Shown: positions 8,375 to 17,049, counted from the stretch's first letter. The stretch is 64,000 bases of DNA from an uncultured Thermoplasmata archaeon (GCA_963768855.1 CAVYJM010000012.1:29451-93450); one strand, 5' to 3'. Notes: generated from the letters alone by a model not told the origin. Made by a program: numbers and translations.

Positions 8375-9830
8375 ATGGACAGCGGTCGAGTGCGCGCAAT
8401 CCTCGAAGGGATCGAAGGCCACCAGGAGGCGTCCATGTCCTCGGAGGAACGGGGTGTCCTCGTGACGCAAGGCCTGGTGAAGAGCGTGGACGCTCCCACG
8501 CGGGACCGGTGGACCGCGGGCGTCGCCAACCTCGTCGCCTTGCGGGACCGGGTCCGCGATCTGTCGCGGCAGGCGCTCGCGACTCCGGGACCGGACGCGC
8601 CGCCCGAGCTGCGGCAGATGATCGCCAGCCTCGAGGAACTCACCCGGGAGAAGTCGTCCCTCGGCGCCCTCGTCTGGAACGGGCCCACGCAGGAGTACGT
8701 CCAGGTGACGCTCGCGGGCCGGGGCGTCCTGGAGGACCTCAAGACCTGGGAGAAACGGCTCTCGGGTCGGGACTTCGCCCAGTTTCAGCAGGAGCTGGGG
8801 ACGTACCGCGCCGGGCTCGTCGACCTCGTGAACCGCGCCTCGCTCTTGAACCGCAGCCTGACCCTGGACGAGCAGAGCCGCCTGGACGACGAGTGGGCCG
8901 CCGCGCCCATGACGAACGTGGACGTCCGCTTTGCCTCGATGATCCTCGCGAAGCGTCCCGTGAACCCGGGGATGCTCGTCTCGGAGTTCCAGTGGTTCAA
9001 TCATGACACGAACTGGGGGACCTTCAGTCCCGAGGACCGCCTCGTCGCCTCCGCGATCCTGACCTCCCTTCCGTGGGACCCGGCGATCGTCCGGAGCACG
9101 TTCGAGCGGATCCGCATCGCGCTCCAGTACCACGGGATCTCTCCGGAGGACCGGGTCATCGTCGCCGCGTCCCTCGCGGACCTCCAGGAGGGCTGGTGGG
9201 AGCAGGTCTTCTCCCGGATTGACGAGGTCAAGAAGCAGCGTCCCGCTCTGAACTCCCTCCTCGATCTCCGCGCTCGCCCGCTCGCCCTACCCCGTCGCGG
9301 AAGCGCTCGGCCGCTTCGACGGCGCGTTGTCGGGCATGGCTGCGAAGGGCTTCAAGGATGGAATCCAGTTGGACATCGCGGCCTCCCTCCTTGCGTCATC
9401 CCAAGTCCCTCAGGAAGCCCTGGTCGACCGTTTCGCCTACACGTTGTCGAACGTGCAGGGCGCGTTCGATCCCCCGTTCGCGCCCGCCGCGATGCTCGCC
9501 ACGAACCCGCTCGAGCCGAACGAGGCGATCGACGTCTTCCGGGACTGCATCGGGGCCGTGACCCGGATGAGCTTCTTCGACCTCACCCTCGAGATCGAGG
9601 AGCTCGCCCTGATCATGAGCTACGGCGTCGCTCCCCTCGGGACGGGCTACCTGGGCGGGAACCTGCCCCCCGGGGCCGCGCTGCAACCGCCCGCCGCCGC
9701 AATGGCCGCAGCCGTGACGGGCCTCGGGACGTCGTGGTACGTCTGGCACAACTACTTCGTGTACCGCCCGATCGGCCGATACATCGCGACCCATCCGGTC
9801 CACGTGCACACCGTGGCGGCGTTCGGCTAG
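8375..9830 (+). CDS. hypothetical helical-repeat protein, reading frame interrupted by a +1 shift near 9252..9275
   Basis: The ATG at 8375 directly follows the upstream stop. Frame 2 looks coding up to ...KKQRPALNSLLDL, then turns Arg-rich and runs open to 10960 through two opposite-strand genes. Frame 0 is coding from 9252 (…SALARSPYPVAEALGRFDGALSGMAAKGF…) to the stop at 9830 (track ORF 9327..9830). Confidence 0.55.
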
Positions 9831-10693
9831 GCTTTCGGCTCGAACCCGTACAGGCGGTCGCGGTTCGCCTCGAGCTGGTCGACCGCGCGGCCTGCGTACT
9901 CGGCCGCAGTCTGGAGGCGGACGTCGTGTTCCTCGGCCGTGGCCCGGAGGGGCTCGAGCCGAGTCCGCCACTCACGGTCCCGGAGCAGGTGGTGATCGAG
10001 GAGGAGGGTGCGGACGTCCGTGCTCCGCAGGGTCCTCGCCAGGTTCGCGAGGGAATGCTTCGTGTGCTCCTCGGGATAGTTCTCCGGCATGTGGGTCATC
10101 GGACCGTCCACGTAGAGGATCGTCGGGTTCGCGTCCACGAGGAACCCGAGCTGCTCCTTGAGGGGCGGACCCTCCACGTCGCCCGTGTGGACGAAGACCT
10201 CGTCGCCCTCGGCGATGCGCGCCATGACGACATAGCCCAGGGCGTCGTCGTAGCCGTGGGGCACCGCCGGCGAGAACGTGAGCTCCGTCCCACCGAACTC
10301 GACATCGTTCCCGTCCGCGACCTGGATCTCCTTTGGGTACTTCTTGAGCGCCCGGACGAACGCGCTCGCGCGCTCCCGCTGGCTGCGGTTGATATGGAAC
10401 TTGCCGTCCTTGAGGAAGGCCACCTTGCCCTTGTAGATCGACGGGGCGTCCGGATTGTGGTGGTCGTAGTGGTAATGACTCACCGTCAGGACGTCCGCCC
10501 TCTTGGCTGCTTCCTTCACGCCCCGCCAGAGTTCCTTCTGCCGCTCGTCCTCCGTCGGGTGCGGCGGGAGGTCGTATCGCCAGGGAGCGAGCCGGACGCC
10601 CGGGTCCAGGAGGATCGTCACGTCCCGCGTCTCGACGAGGGTGGCCATGGACCGCGCGCCGAGGCTGTCCGCGGCGAGGGGCGTGACCTTCAT
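9827..10693 (-). CDS. metallo-beta-lactamase-fold protein, archaeal UPF0282-like
   Basis: Start at MKVTPLAADSLGARSMATLVET (an ATGA overlap with the upstream gene). HYHYDHH metal motif and VHTGD. About 290 aa, typical for the archaeal UPF0282 family. Confidence 0.7.
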   Translation of the reverse strand: MKVTPLAADSLGARSMATLVETRDVTILLDPGVRLAPWRYDLPPHPTEDERQKELWRGVKEAAKRADVLTVSHYHYDHHNPDAPSIYKGKVAFLKDGKFHINRSQRERASAFVRALKKYPKEIQVADGNDVEFGGTELTFSPAVPHGYDDALGYVVMARIAEGDEVFVHTGDVEGPPLKEQLGFLVDANPTILYVDGPMTHMPENYPEEHTKHSLANLARTLRSTDVRTLLLDHHLLRDREWRTRLEPLRATAEEHDVRLQTAAEYAGRAVDQLEANRDRLYGFEPKA

Positions 10694-11472
10694 CGGATCA
10701 CCGCTTCGCCCCACACTTGCTTCCGCACGCGGTGGAAGCCGAGCGACGCGGTGAGCTCGAGCGACGGCAGGTTGTCCGTCTTCACATGGAGCGCGGGGAT
10801 CTTGCCGCGGTCAAGAATATCCTTCGTGAGGGCCGAGGACACGGACCTCGCGTACCCCTTGCCCCGGTGGCCCTCGAGCACGTGCAGGAATCCCATCATG
10901 GACACCCGCGGCGTCTCGAGGTGGGTGAACGCCCACGCGACGGGCTTGCCCTCCTCGTAGACCGCATAGGCGTGGCCTGCCTGGATCCGCTCTCGGACGT
11001 ACTCCGCGGCCCGGTCCCAATCGGGGTCCCAGACCTTGCCGACGAGCTCGGCCCACTCCGGTCCCAGGGGCCGGACGTCATGCCGCACTGCGTCACGGAA
11101 GTCCTTCGGATCGAGTTCGAAGAGCCAGAAGACGCCGCCGTCCAATTCGGAGGCGCGGGGCTCCACCAGGGAGAGCATCCACTCCTCGCCCAGATGGAAG
11201 AAGCACGGCCCGGACGGCCAGGCGGGCAGGACCTCCTGGGCCGCCCTCGGGTCGGAGGCGTACAGGGCAATCCCCGCGGCGCCGGTGGCCCACTCCGGCC
11301 GGACCACACCGAGGACGGCCTGCGGCGGCTCTCCGTCGACGTAGACCTCCTTCTCGCCCTCCATCTCGAAGCTGCGATACCGGGCGACCGCCGACGACAC
11401 GGGGTCTTGGTCGAGGAACGCCTCGACCGCGGCGCGGTCCTTCGTCCGGTGTGGCGGCGTAGGGGGTGGCAT
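10690..11472 (-). CDS. GNAT-family N-acetyltransferase
   Basis: The C-terminal half has a GNAT core (AYAVYEEGKPVAWAF...GFLHVLEGHRGKGYARSVSSAL...ASLGF). ATG 11472 is preferred over TTG 11487. Its stop overlaps the start of the MBL gene. Confidence 0.7.
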   Translation of the reverse strand: MPPPTPPHRTKDRAAVEAFLDQDPVSSAVARYRSFEMEGEKEVYVDGEPPQAVLGVVRPEWATGAAGIALYASDPRAAQEVLPAWPSGPCFFHLGEEWMLSLVEPRASELDGGVFWLFELDPKDFRDAVRHDVRPLGPEWAELVGKVWDPDWDRAAEYVRERIQAGHAYAVYEEGKPVAWAFTHLETPRVSMMGFLHVLEGHRGKGYARSVSSALTKDILDRGKIPALHVKTDNLPSLELTASLGFHRVRKQVWGEAVIR

Positions 11473-11520
11473 GCCGACGCCCCTCAAAAACCTTCGACCT
11501 GCATCCCGTCCGGACGTCGC

Positions 11521-12162
11521 TCAGCGATTCCGGATCTCCGCCTCGATCTCGGCGGCCGCCTTCGCGGGATCCGCGGCTTCGTAGAGCGCGCGGCCCACGA
11601 TGACCGCGTCCGCTCCGGCCCGGATCGCATCCGCGGGCTTCCCGCCCTGCGCCCCGACCCCCGGGGACAGGATGACGCGGTTGCCCACGATGCCCCGGAG
11701 GACGCGCACGCGCTCCGGTCGCGTGGCCGGCGCGATGATGCCTGCGGCCCCCGCGCGGACCGCGAGCCGCGCGAACTCCTCGGCATGCTTCGCGGTGAAC
11801 TCCTGGCCGCCGGGGTGGCTCATCTCGGTCAGGACGAACACCTCGGCTTCCTTCGCCGCTTCGACGCAGGCCCGCACGGAATCCTCGCCCGCGAAGGCGT
11901 GGCAGATGACCCCGGACGCGCCGAGGGCGACGGCCTGCTCGACGATGAGCCGGTTCGTGTTGGGGATGTCCGCGATCTTGAAGTCGCACAGAACGTAGGC
12001 GGACGCTGCGAACTCTTTCACGATGCTCGGACCCGCGGCGAGCACGAGGGGCCAGTTCACCTTGAGGGCGTCCACGCGATCCGCCAAGGCCCTCCCGACG
12101 GAACGGGCGCGGGCCACGTCGGTTGCGTCGATCGCGGCGACGATCCGATGCTTCAGCCGCAT
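11521..12162 (-). CDS. pyrF: orotidine 5'-phosphate decarboxylase
   Basis: 213 aa from MRLKHRIVAAIDA. DFKIADIPNT, LTEMSHPG and SPGVGAQGG motifs. The remaining 5' part of ORF 11521..12945 is antisense to the GTPase gene. Confidence 0.85.
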   Translation of the reverse strand: MRLKHRIVAAIDATDVARARSVGRALADRVDALKVNWPLVLAAGPSIVKEFAASAYVLCDFKIADIPNTNRLIVEQAVALGASGVICHAFAGEDSVRACVEAAKEAEVFVLTEMSHPGGQEFTAKHAEEFARLAVRAGAAGIIAPATRPERVRVLRGIVGNRVILSPGVGAQGGKPADAIRAGADAVIVGRALYEAADPAKAAAEIEAEIRNR

Positions 12163-12235
12163 CGTCCCCCGACGGAGGGTCCTTTGACATAAACGTTCCC
12201 TCCTCCTCTGCGAAATCTGAATCGGGCTCCGCACG

Positions 12236-12243
12236 CTTAAGTA
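12236..12243 (+). promoter_or_regulatory. TATA-box-like element CTTAAGTA upstream of the first GTPase gene
   Basis: An isolated A/T-rich octamer 31-38 nt upstream of ATG 12274. Similar TTAAGT cores precede the next two genes. Confidence 0.4.
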
Positions 12244-12273
12244 GCGTCGCGCGCATCTCCGCGGGGCCCTTGC

Positions 12274-12837
12274 ATGACCCAAGTCCAGCGCATTAAGACG
12301 AAGGTCTGCCTCGTCGGGGAGGCCGCGGTCGGCAAGACGTCCCTCATCCGCCGCTATGTGCAGGACGAGTTCGACGACCGCTACATCACGACCCTCGGCG
12401 CGAAGGTCTCGAAGAAGGAGCTGGAGTTCGATCTCCCGGACAAGGACACGAAGGTCCAGATGGACATGACGATCTGGGACATCATGGGCGAGAAGGGCTT
12501 CCGGGACCTCCTGAAGGAGGCGTTCTTCCACGGCGCGAAGGGCACGATCGCGGTCTGCGACCTCACGCGCTACTCCACGCTCAAGGAGCTCGACGACTGG
12601 GTGCAGAGCGTCTTCAACGTGGTCGGGGAGATCCCGGTCGTCTTCGCGATCAACAAGATCGACCTGAAGGACGAGGTCATGATCCTCTACGGGGAGAAGG
12701 AGATCGGGCAGGCCGTGCGCGCGTTCGAGGCGCCGTATTTCTATACCTCGGCCAAGACCGGCGAGAACGTGGAGACGCTGTTCAAGCGACTGGGGTCGAT
12801 GGTCCTCGCGAAGGAGGGCATCGCGACCCCTTCGTGA
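12274..12837 (+). CDS. Ras-superfamily small GTPase (Rab/Ras-like)
   Basis: 187 aa. G1 GEAAVGKTS, switch I YITTLG, G3 WDIMGEKGF, G4 NKID, G5 TSAKTG. Confidence 0.85.
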   Translation: MTQVQRIKTKVCLVGEAAVGKTSLIRRYVQDEFDDRYITTLGAKVSKKELEFDLPDKDTKVQMDMTIWDIMGEKGFRDLLKEAFFHGAKGTIAVCDLTRYSTLKELDDWVQSVFNVVGEIPVVFAINKIDLKDEVMILYGEKEIGQAVRAFEAPYFYTSAKTGENVETLFKRLGSMVLAKEGIATPS

Positions 12838-12867
12838 TTCTCGCGGGCGGCAAACCGGGCCACAAGC

Positions 12868-12875
12868 GTTAAGTG
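12868..12875 (+). promoter_or_regulatory. TATA-box-like element GTTAAGTG upstream of the second GTPase gene
   Basis: An A/T-rich core in the GC-rich spacer, about 43 nt upstream of ATG 12917. A GGAGAGGT Shine-Dalgarno-like element lies just before the ATG. Confidence 0.35.
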
Positions 12876-12916
12876 CCCCACGGCCTCCCGTCGGGCGGTC
12901 GCAGCGGAGAGGTCGG

Positions 12917-13468
12917 ATGACGGAAACGAAGCACCTCAAGTCCAAGATCTGTCTCGTCGGGGAGAAGGCCGTCGGGAAGACGAGCCTGATCCGCCGCTAC
13001 GTCCTCGACATGTTTGACGATCAGTACATCACGACGATCGGGACGCGGGTCTCGAAGAAGGAGGCGCGGGTCTTCCTCCCCGAGCGCGACCTGCTCGTCG
13101 ACGTCGACATGCAGATCTGGGACATCATGGGCGAGAAGGGCTTCCGCGAGCTGCTCAAGGAGGCCTACTTCTACGGCGCCAACGGCATCCTGGCGGTCGC
13201 CGACCTGACACGCCGCAAGACGCTCGACGACCTCGACGACTGGATCGACGGGGTCGAGCAGATCGTGGGCAAGGTCCCGGTCCTGATCGCGGTCAACAAG
13301 AGCGACCTCGTGTCGAGCTCGCAGTACGGGGAGCGGGACATCGAACAGGTGGCCCGCGCGTTTGATTGCCCCTTCCTCCTGACGTCGGCGAAGTCCGGTT
13401 CGAACGTCGAAGAAGTGTTCCGGCGCATCGGCCAGCTGGTCACGGAATCCCAGCTCGCTCCGAAGTGA
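12917..13468 (+). CDS. Ras-superfamily small GTPase (paralog of 12274..12837)
   Basis: 183 aa. G1 GEKAVGKTS, YITTIG, WDIMGEKGF, NKSD, TSAKSG. Colinear with the upstream paralog. Confidence 0.85.
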   Translation: MTETKHLKSKICLVGEKAVGKTSLIRRYVLDMFDDQYITTIGTRVSKKEARVFLPERDLLVDVDMQIWDIMGEKGFRELLKEAYFYGANGILAVADLTRRKTLDDLDDWIDGVEQIVGKVPVLIAVNKSDLVSSSQYGERDIEQVARAFDCPFLLTSAKSGSNVEEVFRRIGQLVTESQLAPK

Positions 13469-13541
13469 GACCCGGGCGGCGCCGAGCAGTCGGTTCGAAC
13501 GACGTTCACTTGCGCCCCTCCTGACCCGGGTCCGCGAAATC

Positions 13542-13549
13542 ATTAAGTA
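13542..13549 (+). promoter_or_regulatory. TATA-box-like element ATTAAGTA upstream of the surface-protein gene
   Basis: Third copy of the TTAAGT core, about 105 nt upstream of ATG 13655. Confidence 0.3.
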
Positions 13550-13654
13550 CGCTCCGCTCGATGGACGCGCCCCCGAAGCCGGTGCCTGTGGGTTGCAGGC
13601 AATGGGGGAGGGGTCTCGGGCCGGGAGCGGGGACCAACCGGATTGGAAACACCC

Positions 13655-15777
13655 ATGCTCGCGCGAAGTCAGACTCGGACCGCAACGAGCCCGATACGGT
13701 GGCTCTTGTTGCTCTTCATCGTGTTCGTCCTGGCGCTCAGCGTAACACCTCCCTCTCGCGGGGAGATCCCAACCATGCAGCCGAATCCGGACGCATCGCG
13801 GACGGTCACATGGGTCATGAACGACTCGGCGGGGCTGAAGACCGCCCAGAACATCTCCTTCGTAGGCGGGAACGCCACGCTGGCCTGGACGCCGGTCCTA
13901 CTGAACTGGTCGCAGGGTTCGGATTTCGAGGCGAACGTGTCCGGGTCGCTCGATCCGAACGTGACCGCGGACGCGAGCGGGTTGGCCCTTGGGGCGAACC
14001 TCAGCAACCGCCTCATGGACGGGGACTTCGGGTCCTCCGGAGTCTGGGCCTACGCGAACGGAACCGCGAACAACACCACGGCTGAGTGGATCCCGTATCT
14101 TGGGATGGCGCGGCTCAACCACTCCTCGCCGACGACGCAGACTCTCTGGGACTCCTTTGCGAACATCGCCGCGAACTGGACACCGACTTCGTCGCTCCAG
14201 TCGACCAGCCACGTCTACCAGGCCGCGGGTGCGATGGGCGACTTCGTGAACGTAACGGCGGGGGTGGATCAGTTTGCCGGCGCCCTGAATGCGGGAATCA
14301 TAAACTGGTCTGGATACGATCAGCTGAGGATCATGATTCATCTCAACGCCTCCGCGCCGGCAGCGTTCAACATGTCGGCCCTGGACAGCGGCTTTCACAC
14401 CCAAACGACCCAGCCGGTTGCGTTGGCGGCCGATTGGAACACCGTCACGGTGGATCTCGACCAGCTCGGACCGAACCGGTCGGCGCTCGCCTTCCTGAGA
14501 TTCCGAATCGTCGGGCTTGGCGGCCAAGCGTTGCCGCCTCTCAACGTGCTCTTCCTAGATGCCGAGATCGGTCGGGCGAAGGTGGCTGACACGACGGCCA
14601 GCGTAAGCCAGATGTTCACCAAGACGTTCACGGCGCCTTCCGCGGGGAGTGCCTACTTGTCCTTCGACTGGACGATCGAGAACCAGACCGGCGTGGCCAG
14701 TTCCATCATGAGCGCGACTCTGGACGGCCCGTCGGGGCAGTTCAGTACGAGCCTCTTGTGGAGGTTCCCATCCGAGTGGCACCACCTCGTCGCGGACGTC
14801 TCGCCCCAGGTGGCCGAGGCCGGGCCCGTACAGCCTGAGCTTCAGCCTGCGGGTCGAGCTCGACAACATCACCCCTTCGAATGTGACGGCCTACGTCGAC
14901 AACGCGGCCTTCGTATACCCCGACCGCCACAACGGCACATACCTTTCCCAGCCCCTCAGCTTCGGCGCCGATTCGCGATATTTGCGTCTCACCTGGTTGG
15001 ATGTGCTGCCCTCGTCCGAGACGACGGCTCGCCTCGCGTTCCAGACAGGCAACACCACGTCCGCTTGGGGGAGCTGGCACGAGTTCGCGACCCCCGGGAC
15101 CTACGGCCTTGCGGAGGGAGCGGTCTGGTTCCGCGTTCGTGCGGATCTCAACACCACGAACGCCAGTGTCTCACCAATCCTGTCCGCGCTCTCCGTTTCA
15201 GCGGAGCACCGGATCGCACACGGGGTCATCGTATCGGAGACGTACTCCGCCGATCCGGACTTCCTCCGGTGGCGGAGCTTCAACGCCTCTTGGGAGGCCG
15301 GCCAGTTGAATTCGGTCAACTTTTGGGTCGGCAACGGGAGCTACTGGACCGCCGTCACGCCGGGCGCCGATCTGGGCTTCGTCACGGGCCCCCGGCTCGC
15401 ATGGAAGGCCGTCCTGACCACGTTCGACACCCTGCAGACTCCCGCGTTGGCGGACTTCGCGGTCACGTACGAATTCCTCGGCGCTCCGGTGTCGATCTCG
15501 ATTGTCGCCGGGTGGCCCGCTCAATGTCACGCAGGGCCAGAGCGTTGCGTTCTCCGCTCGAGTTCTCGATGCGGGGGCCCACGCGGTCCCCACCGCTTCC
15601 ATCGTTTGGTCGACGACAGATCCGATGGGTCACGTCTACAACAACGGTACGTACGTCGCCGGATCGATCGGTGACTTCTACGTGAACGCCACGGTCTCTG
15701 GACTCACGTCGGTGACCCAGTCGGTCGTCGTCCATGTCTCGGCAGGCAACATCCCCGTGGCGGGCTGGTTGGTGGGG
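13655..15777 (+). CDS. large extracellular sequon-rich (putatively N-glycosylated) surface protein with a C-terminal Ig-like domain; coding frame shifts +1 twice inside this span and once at its end
   Basis: Signal/anchor MLARSQTRTATSPIRWLLLLFIVFVLALSV (ATG 13655; TTG 13643 is an alternative start). By motif content and G/C third positions, coding is in frame 2 up to about 14825, frame 0 (track ORF 14883..15674) up to about 15503, and frame 1 (start of ORF 15502..16644) up to about 15777. SISISPGGPLNVTQGQSVAFSARVLDAG...VVVHV looks like a Big_2-type Ig domain. I counted 29 N-x-S/T sequons by hand. Confidence 0.6.
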
Positions 15778-16318
15778 AGTCTGGCCGTATGTCCTCCTGG
15801 TGGCCGCAGCCGCGATGGTCGGGTTCGCCCTGTACCAGCTCGCGATCGTTCGGGTCTACCCCATCGACGATGTCTTCCTGATCGCAAAGGACGGACGGCT
15901 GATCGTGCACAACACGCGACGCATGCGCGCCGACCGGGACGAGGACATCCTGTCCGGCATGCTCACCGCGATCATGTCGTTCCTTCGGGACCAGGATCCC
16001 GAGGAGAACGGGGAGCTGAAACGGTTCGAAGTCGGAGGCAAAACGACCTTGCTCGAGCGGGGTCCCCACGTCTACCTTACCGCCATCTACTCCGGGCGCG
16101 TCCCGCGCTGGGCCGGGAAGGACCTGCATCGCTTCATGGGGGACTTGGAGGATCATTTCGGCGACGCGTTCGCGAACTGGTCGGGCTCCCCGGAAGACCT
16201 CCATGGCCTCAAGGAGTTCATGGGCAGGTTCGTCTCCCACGTGAGGTATCGCGGCGACCCCCCGCTCGAGCCGACGCGCAAGCTGAACGCGGCTCAGCGC
16301 GGGACGAACAACAGGTAG
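15734..16318 (+). CDS. TM helix + cytoplasmic Roadblock/LC7-like domain; either the C-terminal part of the 13655 surface protein (preferred) or an independent 194-aa ORF
   Basis: WPYVLLVAAAAMVGFALYQLAIV is a TM helix. The pattern IDDVFLIAKDGRLIVH..DEDILSGMLTAIMSFLRD..LKRFEVGGKTTLLERGPHVYLTAIYSG matches the beta-beta-alpha-beta-beta pattern of Roadblock/MglB domains. G/C third-position bias becomes strong only from about 15778, which argues for a fusion with the upstream frame. Confidence 0.6.
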   Translation: MSRQATSPWRAGWWGVWPYVLLVAAAAMVGFALYQLAIVRVYPIDDVFLIAKDGRLIVHNTRRMRADRDEDILSGMLTAIMSFLRDQDPEENGELKRFEVGGKTTLLERGPHVYLTAIYSGRVPRWAGKDLHRFMGDLEDHFGDAFANWSGSPEDLHGLKEFMGRFVSHVRYRGDPPLEPTRKLNAAQRGTNNR

Positions 16319-16427
16319 AACATGACCGCGAATCCGAGGAGCATGAACCCCGTCGAGATGATCCACATCCACTTGAGGAGCCGCGACCGCTGCTCGGGGT
16401 TCTCCCACGCCCGCTCCAGGCGCTCCA

Positions 16428-17048
16428 TCACATGGCCTTGAACCGCTTGAGGCGCATGAAGTTGTCCCGCTCCATCTCCTCGAGCCGCTGGCGGATGAAG
16501 GCCTCCGTCGACTTCAGCTCCGGGATGACGCGGTACTCCAGCGCGTTCACGCGACGCTTCACCTTCTCGATCTCCTCGATCAGGCGGCGCATCGTCGTCT
16601 CGATCTCCGCGGCGACGACGATGTCCTCGACGAGGGCCTCGTAGGCCTCCGCGGCCTCGTCGATCCGCGCCGACGTGGTGATCACGCCGTACCCGCGGTC
16701 CTCGAGCTTCTTCCGGACGCTCTTCGCGTCAATCTTGGGGACGATGATTCCCATCACGTTCTTCGTTTTCAGGTCCAAGGTGGGCACCTCGCGGGACGCC
16801 AGTGCGGCCGAGCGCACGCCGAGGGATCCCTCGATGGCCCGGGCGATCACGATCCGCTGCTCCGCGGTCCGGTACTTCTCCGCGAGGTTGGATCGCAGGG
16901 TCTTCGCGCGGTCCAGGACGCGGAAGAACTCGACGATGAGCGCGTCTCGCTTCAGCTTCAGGAGGCGGTGGCCCCGCTCGGCCATCCGACGAGTCCGCCG
17001 CAGCTGGAGCAGCGCCGACCTCGTGGGCTTGTAGTTCTGGAGGACCAT
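16428..17048 (-). CDS. atpD: A-type ATP synthase subunit D
   Basis: 206 aa. KPTRSALLQLRRTRRMAERGHRLLKLKRDAL is typical of V/A-ATPase subunit D. Position after atpB. Confidence 0.9.
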   Translation of the reverse strand: MVLQNYKPTRSALLQLRRTRRMAERGHRLLKLKRDALIVEFFRVLDRAKTLRSNLAEKYRTAEQRIVIARAIEGSLGVRSAALASREVPTLDLKTKNVMGIIVPKIDAKSVRKKLEDRGYGVITTSARIDEAAEAYEALVEDIVVAAEIETTMRRLIEEIEKVKRRVNALEYRVIPELKSTEAFIRQRLEEMERDNFMRLKRFKAM

Positions 17049-17049
17049 C

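Noticed and set aside
7112-9133. 673-aa ORF on the minus strand
   Set aside because: It is antisense to two well-supported plus-strand genes. The translation is Arg/Pro/Gly/Glu-rich with no motifs, typical of a shadow ORF in high-GC DNA.
9276-10960. Continuation of ORF 8375..10960 (861 aa)
   Set aside because: After about 9270 the frame becomes Arg-rich and runs antisense through the MBL and GNAT genes. The real coding signal moves to frame 0 and stops at 9830.
13469-13560. GGTTCGAAC (T-loop-like) and CCCGGG palindromes in the spacer after the second GTPase, considered as a tRNA or ncRNA
   Set aside because: No acceptor stem, D-arm or anticodon arm can be drawn around it. I found no tRNA-like cloverleaf anywhere in the window by eye.
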